Shown here piece after piece: positions 60,467 to 64,000 of a stretch of 64,000 nt of DNA. Where the stretch lies: positions 3,456,001 to 3,520,000 of the forward strand of contig OZ253555.1 of the NCBI GenBank assembly GCA_965262725.1, given 5' to 3'. The first letter of the stretch is position 1. Each line of letters starts with the position of its first letter. The notes below the pieces were generated by a model that was given only the letters and a program-made list of their open reading frames with translations, was not told where the DNA came from and did not search any database. Origin of the DNA: Dehalococcoidia bacterium (GTDB taxonomy: Bacteria; Chloroflexota; Dehalococcoidia; UBA2979). Position numbers and translations under genes: made by a program.

Positions 60467-63400
60467 GACCGCTCCGGCTCGAGCTCCGCGGCTTCACGGC
60501 CTTCCGTGAGGCGGTCGCCGTCGACTTCTCGGGACGGGAGCTCTTCGCGATCACGGGACCGACCGGCGCGGGCAAGTCGTCGCTGCTCGACGCGATGACG
60601 TGGGCGCTCTACGGACAGGTGCCGCGCGTCGGGCGGGCGACGCGGCAGCTCCTCGCGCACGGCGAGCAGTCGATGTCGGCACGCCTCGACTTCACGGCCC
60701 GCGGCAAACGCTACCGTGTCACACGGCGCGCGCCCGCCTCCGTCGGCACCCGCCTCGAGGAGCTGCTCCCCGACGGGGAGTCGCGGCCCCTCGCCGATCG
60801 CGCCTCCGATGTGACCGAGCAGGTTACTTCCCTGCTCGGGCTCGACTACGCCACCTTCACGAAGACCGTCTTGCTGCCGCAGGGGGCGTTCGATTCCTTC
60901 CTGCGGGGCGACGACCAGCAGCGCCGCGCGATCCTGACGCGGCTGCTCGGCCTCGGCACCTACCAGGAGGCGGGGCGGCTCGCCCGGGCCAGATCCCAGC
61001 GCGCCGCCGCGGCCGCGGCGCTCCTCAGCGGGGAGGTCGAGCGGCGGCCGCTCGCCGCGCCCGAGGCCCGGGCCGCCCTCGACGAACGCTACGTGCGGGC
61101 CCGGGAGCACCATCAGGCGCTGGAGACGCGGCGCGGACGGATCGCCGAGCTCTCCGGGCTCGCCGCAGCGCTCGAGCGCGCACGCGCCGCCGAGGCGCAG
61201 CTCGCCGCCTCCGCCTCGAGTTCGGCGCACCGCGCCGCGGAGGCCTCGGAGAGCCTCGCTCAGACCCGGCGCGAGCGCGAGGCGGCCCAGGCGGAGTTCC
61301 TCCGCGTCGAGCAGGCGCGAACAGCCATCGAGCACGACCCGGAGGAGCGCGCACGTCTCACCCGCGAACTGGAGCGAGCCGCGCTGCGCGAGGCGGCCCG
61401 AGCCGCGCTCGTTCGCGCCCGCTCCGAGCTCGAGGGCGCCGCCGCCTCCGAGCGCGATGCCGTCCTCGCCGCCGAGGTCGCTCGGGCGGAGGCGCGCGCC
61501 CGCGGCGAGAGCGCGGCCGCCGCCTCAAGCCGGCTCGAGGCGGCCCGAGCTCAGCTCGCCCGCGCGGCGGCCGCGGGCCGCCTCGCCGCACTCCGGCTCG
61601 CCCGCGAGGCGGGCGAGCGAGAACGCGTCGAGCGCGAGGCGGAGCGCGACGCCGAGCGGGAGGAGCGGCGCGGCGCGGCGCTCGATGGCGTAGCGAGCCG
61701 CCTGGCGGCCGCGCTCGCCCGGCGCGACGCCGCCCGGGAGGAGGCCGGGGCCGCAGCGGAGCGCGCGCGCGAGGCGGCGGAGGCCGCGGCCGGGGCGCGC
61801 CTGGCGCTCGCCCAGGCGGAGAGCGCCCACGGCGAGATGCGGGCGGCGCGGGAGGCGGCGCACCGCGAGCACGCCGCCGACGCGCTCCGGCAGGGGCTCG
61901 CGCCGGGCGACCCGTGCCCGGTCTGCGGCGAGCCGGTCGGGGCGCTCCCTCAGGGGAAGGCGCCCGACCTCAACGCCACCGAGCGGGCCGAGGAGGCGGC
62001 GGAGCGCTCGCTCGCGGAGGCCCGTCAAGAGTCGGAGTGGCGCTCGGCCCTCGAGCTGCGCGCGGCCGACCGGGCCGAGAGCGCCCGCGAGGCGCTCGCA
62101 GGTGGCGAGCACGCGCTCGACGCTCTCGACGCGGAGATGGCCGAGGCCGGGAGCGCGCGCGCGACGCTCTCTTCCGACGCTGCGCGCGCGCGCGACGCCG
62201 TCCTCGCGCTCCGGGCGGAGGCGGCCGTGGCTGCCTCCGAGCTCGGGACTATCCGCGACGAGGAGCGCGCACTCTCCGCGCTGGTGGAGCGGGCGGGAGC
62301 CGCCGTCGGCGTCGCTCCGCCCGACGGCGACGCCGACGGCGTGCCCCCCGCCGAAGCCGCCGAAGCGCTTCGCGAGGGGCTCTCAGGACACGGCCCGGCC
62401 GCGGAGGTGTCCGGGCGCGCCGACGCCGCGCTTCGCGACGCGACCGAGCGCGAGCGCTTCCAGGCCGCGGAGGCACGCGCGCGCTCCGAGCTCCGCCTGC
62501 GGGTCGAGCGGAACGCGGACGAGGCGAGGGAGCGGCTGGGGGCGCTCGCCCCGGGGGCTGACCCGCAGGCGGCCGCCGCCGACATCGGGGCGCTCCGGGC
62601 GCGCATCGCAGATCTCGAGGACGCGGAGCGACGCGCCGCCGCGCTCGAGCGCGACGCACGCGAGGCCGAGTCCGCCGCCGCCACGCAGGCGGCCCGCGAG
62701 GAGGAGCGGACCGCCGAGGAGGAGCGCCTCCGCACCGAGGCCGCCCGCTCCCGCGCCGAGGCCCGCGCGGGAGCCGAGCGCGCGGCGGAGGCGGAGCGGG
62801 TGCTGCTCGCGCTCGGGCGGACGCTCGTCGACGACGCGGCGGCAGGCGGAGCGGCGAGCGCGACGGGGACCGGCCTGGACGCCGCCGCCCTCACGGCGCT
62901 GCTCGATGACGAATACCGGGCGCGCGAGCAGGCGGCCGCCGAGCTCGCCGAGGCGCAGACGCTGCTGCAGCAGGCGAGGCGCGATGCCGAGGAGGCGCAG
63001 CGACTTCAGGGCGAGGTGACAGCCCACCGGGGCAGCGCGGCGCTCGCCGGGGCGCTGGAGCAGGAGCTCCGCGGCAACCGCTTCATTGCCTACGTGCAGC
63101 GCGAGGCGATGGCGGTGCTCGCGACCGACGCCGGCTCGCGGCTCGAGCAGCTCACGTCGGGCCGCTACCGGCTGATCTCCGCCGACGACGCCTTCACCAT
63201 CGTCGACCACCACAACGGCGACGAGGAGCGCTCCGTGCGAACGCTCTCCGGCGGCGAGACCTTTCTCGCGAGCCTCGCTCTCGCCCTCGCTCTCGCCGAG
63301 CGCCTCCCCGAGCTCGCGGGGACGGGCGCCGCCGTCTCGCTGGAGTCACTCTTCCTCGACGAGGGCTTCGGCGCGCTGGACTCGGAGTCGCTCGACCTCG

Positions 63401-63540
63401 CGGTGCAGGGGCTCGAGACGCTCGCGGGGGGGGAGCGCATGATCGGCGTCGTCTCCCACGTCCCGGAGATCGCCGAGCGCCTCCCCGACCGCATCGAGGT
63501 GGTGCCGGGGATTCACGGGAGCGCGATCGCGTCAGGCTAG
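60463..63540 (+). CDS. sbcC: SbcC/Rad50 SMC-family ATPase
   Basis: GPTGAGKS, Q-loop LPQG, zinc hook CPVC, LSGGE, FLDEGFG, coiled coils. Confidence 0.95.
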   Translation: MRPLRLELRGFTAFREAVAVDFSGRELFAITGPTGAGKSSLLDAMTWALYGQVPRVGRATRQLLAHGEQSMSARLDFTARGKRYRVTRRAPASVGTRLEELLPDGESRPLADRASDVTEQVTSLLGLDYATFTKTVLLPQGAFDSFLRGDDQQRRAILTRLLGLGTYQEAGRLARARSQRAAAAAALLSGEVERRPLAAPEARAALDERYVRAREHHQALETRRGRIAELSGLAAALERARAAEAQLAASASSSAHRAAEASESLAQTRREREAAQAEFLRVEQARTAIEHDPEERARLTRELERAALREAARAALVRARSELEGAAASERDAVLAAEVARAEARARGESAAAASSRLEAARAQLARAAAAGRLAALRLAREAGERERVEREAERDAEREERRGAALDGVASRLAAALARRDAAREEAGAAAERAREAAEAAAGARLALAQAESAHGEMRAAREAAHREHAADALRQGLAPGDPCPVCGEPVGALPQGKAPDLNATERAEEAAERSLAEARQESEWRSALELRAADRAESAREALAGGEHALDALDAEMAEAGSARATLSSDAARARDAVLALRAEAAVAASELGTIRDEERALSALVERAGAAVGVAPPDGDADGVPPAEAAEALREGLSGHGPAAEVSGRADAALRDATERERFQAAEARARSELRLRVERNADEARERLGALAPGADPQAAAADIGALRARIADLEDAERRAAALERDAREAESAAATQAAREEERTAEEERLRTEAARSRAEARAGAERAAEAERVLLALGRTLVDDAAAGGAASATGTGLDAAALTALLDDEYRAREQAAAELAEAQTLLQQARRDAEEAQRLQGEVTAHRGSAALAGALEQELRGNRFIAYVQREAMAVLATDAGSRLEQLTSGRYRLISADDAFTIVDHHNGDEERSVRTLSGGETFLASLALALALAERLPELAGTGAAVSLESLFLDEGFGALDSESLDLAVQGLETLAGGERMIGVVSHVPEIAERLPDRIEVVPGIHGSAIASG

Positions 63541-63902
63541 CCTCGCCGCCCCCTGGCGGCCACGCGGCTCAACAGGGGCTGCGCGGCGAGCGAGACAAGC
63601 GAGACGACGAGCGCCCCGCCCACCGCCGACCAGAAGCCCTCGATGCGGAGGTTCAGCCCGAGCTGGCCCGAGAGCCACGCCGTGACCGCGAGCATCGCCG
63701 CGTTCACGACGACGAAAAAGAGCCCGAACGAAAGCACGATGAGACAGCACGAGGCGGCGGCGGCGAGCGGCTTGAGCAGCGCGTCGACGAGTGCCAGGAG
63801 CGCCGCTCCCGCGACCACCGATTGCCAGTCCGAGACCGCGAACCCGGGGACGATCGCGCTCGCCGCCACGAGCCCGGCCGCGTTCACGGCGAGCCGGGCC
63901 AC
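63537..63902 (-). CDS. 4-TM phage-holin-like membrane protein (YvlD family); frame stays open to the window end
   Basis: NA.L..A..VPG, LKP, LSFGLF..VVNA.ML, GFWSA..GA. Confidence 0.8.
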   Translation of the reverse strand: MARLAVNAAGLVAASAIVPGFAVSDWQSVVAGAALLALVDALLKPLAAAASCCLIVLSFGLFFVVVNAAMLAVTAWLSGQLGLNLRIEGFWSAVGGALVVSLVSLAAQPLLSRVAARGRRG

Positions 63903-64000
63903 CAGTCCCGCCGGGGAGCGGTCGGGTCCCTCGTAGCGAACGGTGACGACGCGACCACGGATCGGCCAGCCCCTCTCCCGTCGGCGGGCGCCACGGCGCC

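Noticed and set aside
63537-64000. Prophage indicated by the holin-like gene
   Set aside because: YvlD-type 4-TM proteins are common chromosomal genes; no phage genes in the window

Overview
High-GC bacterial chromosomal window; the gene content (F420-dependent enzyme, double-domain CoA-transferase, selenoproteins, long Rel, PutA) suggests Chloroflexota/Dehalococcoidia, which is an inference only. The housekeeping backbone has an ABC-2 transporter operon, prfA-hisS, rel, putA, purU, a DEAD-box helicase, ubiE/menG, a nurA-herA-sbcD-sbcC operon and three tRNAs (Asn, Gln, Arg). The strongest signals are two nested mobile-element stacks whose targeting can be read from the sequence. (1) 46.0-52.3 kb: a Leu/Val dehydrogenase gene is hit by an IS1380 element; its left terminal repeat is hit by a group II intron whose EBS1/EBS2 match that repeat; the intron is in turn hit by an IS1111-type IS110 element whose non-coding end carries guide segments matching both the intron target and its own circle junction. 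(2) 19.4-24.3 kb: an IS110 transposase is interrupted at a CT core by an exact head-to-tail dimer of a different IS110 element, which preserves the circle junction and carries matching guide segments. Other points: two selenoproteins split at UGA in the ORF track, a lower-GC aminotransferase / nucleotidyltransferase-PLP fusion / LicD locus beside tRNA-Asn, IS630 and IS5 stacked in a CTAG shared by two convergent stop codons, three alpha/beta-hydrolase paralogs without a nucleophile, and poly-G tracts upstream of two tRNAs.
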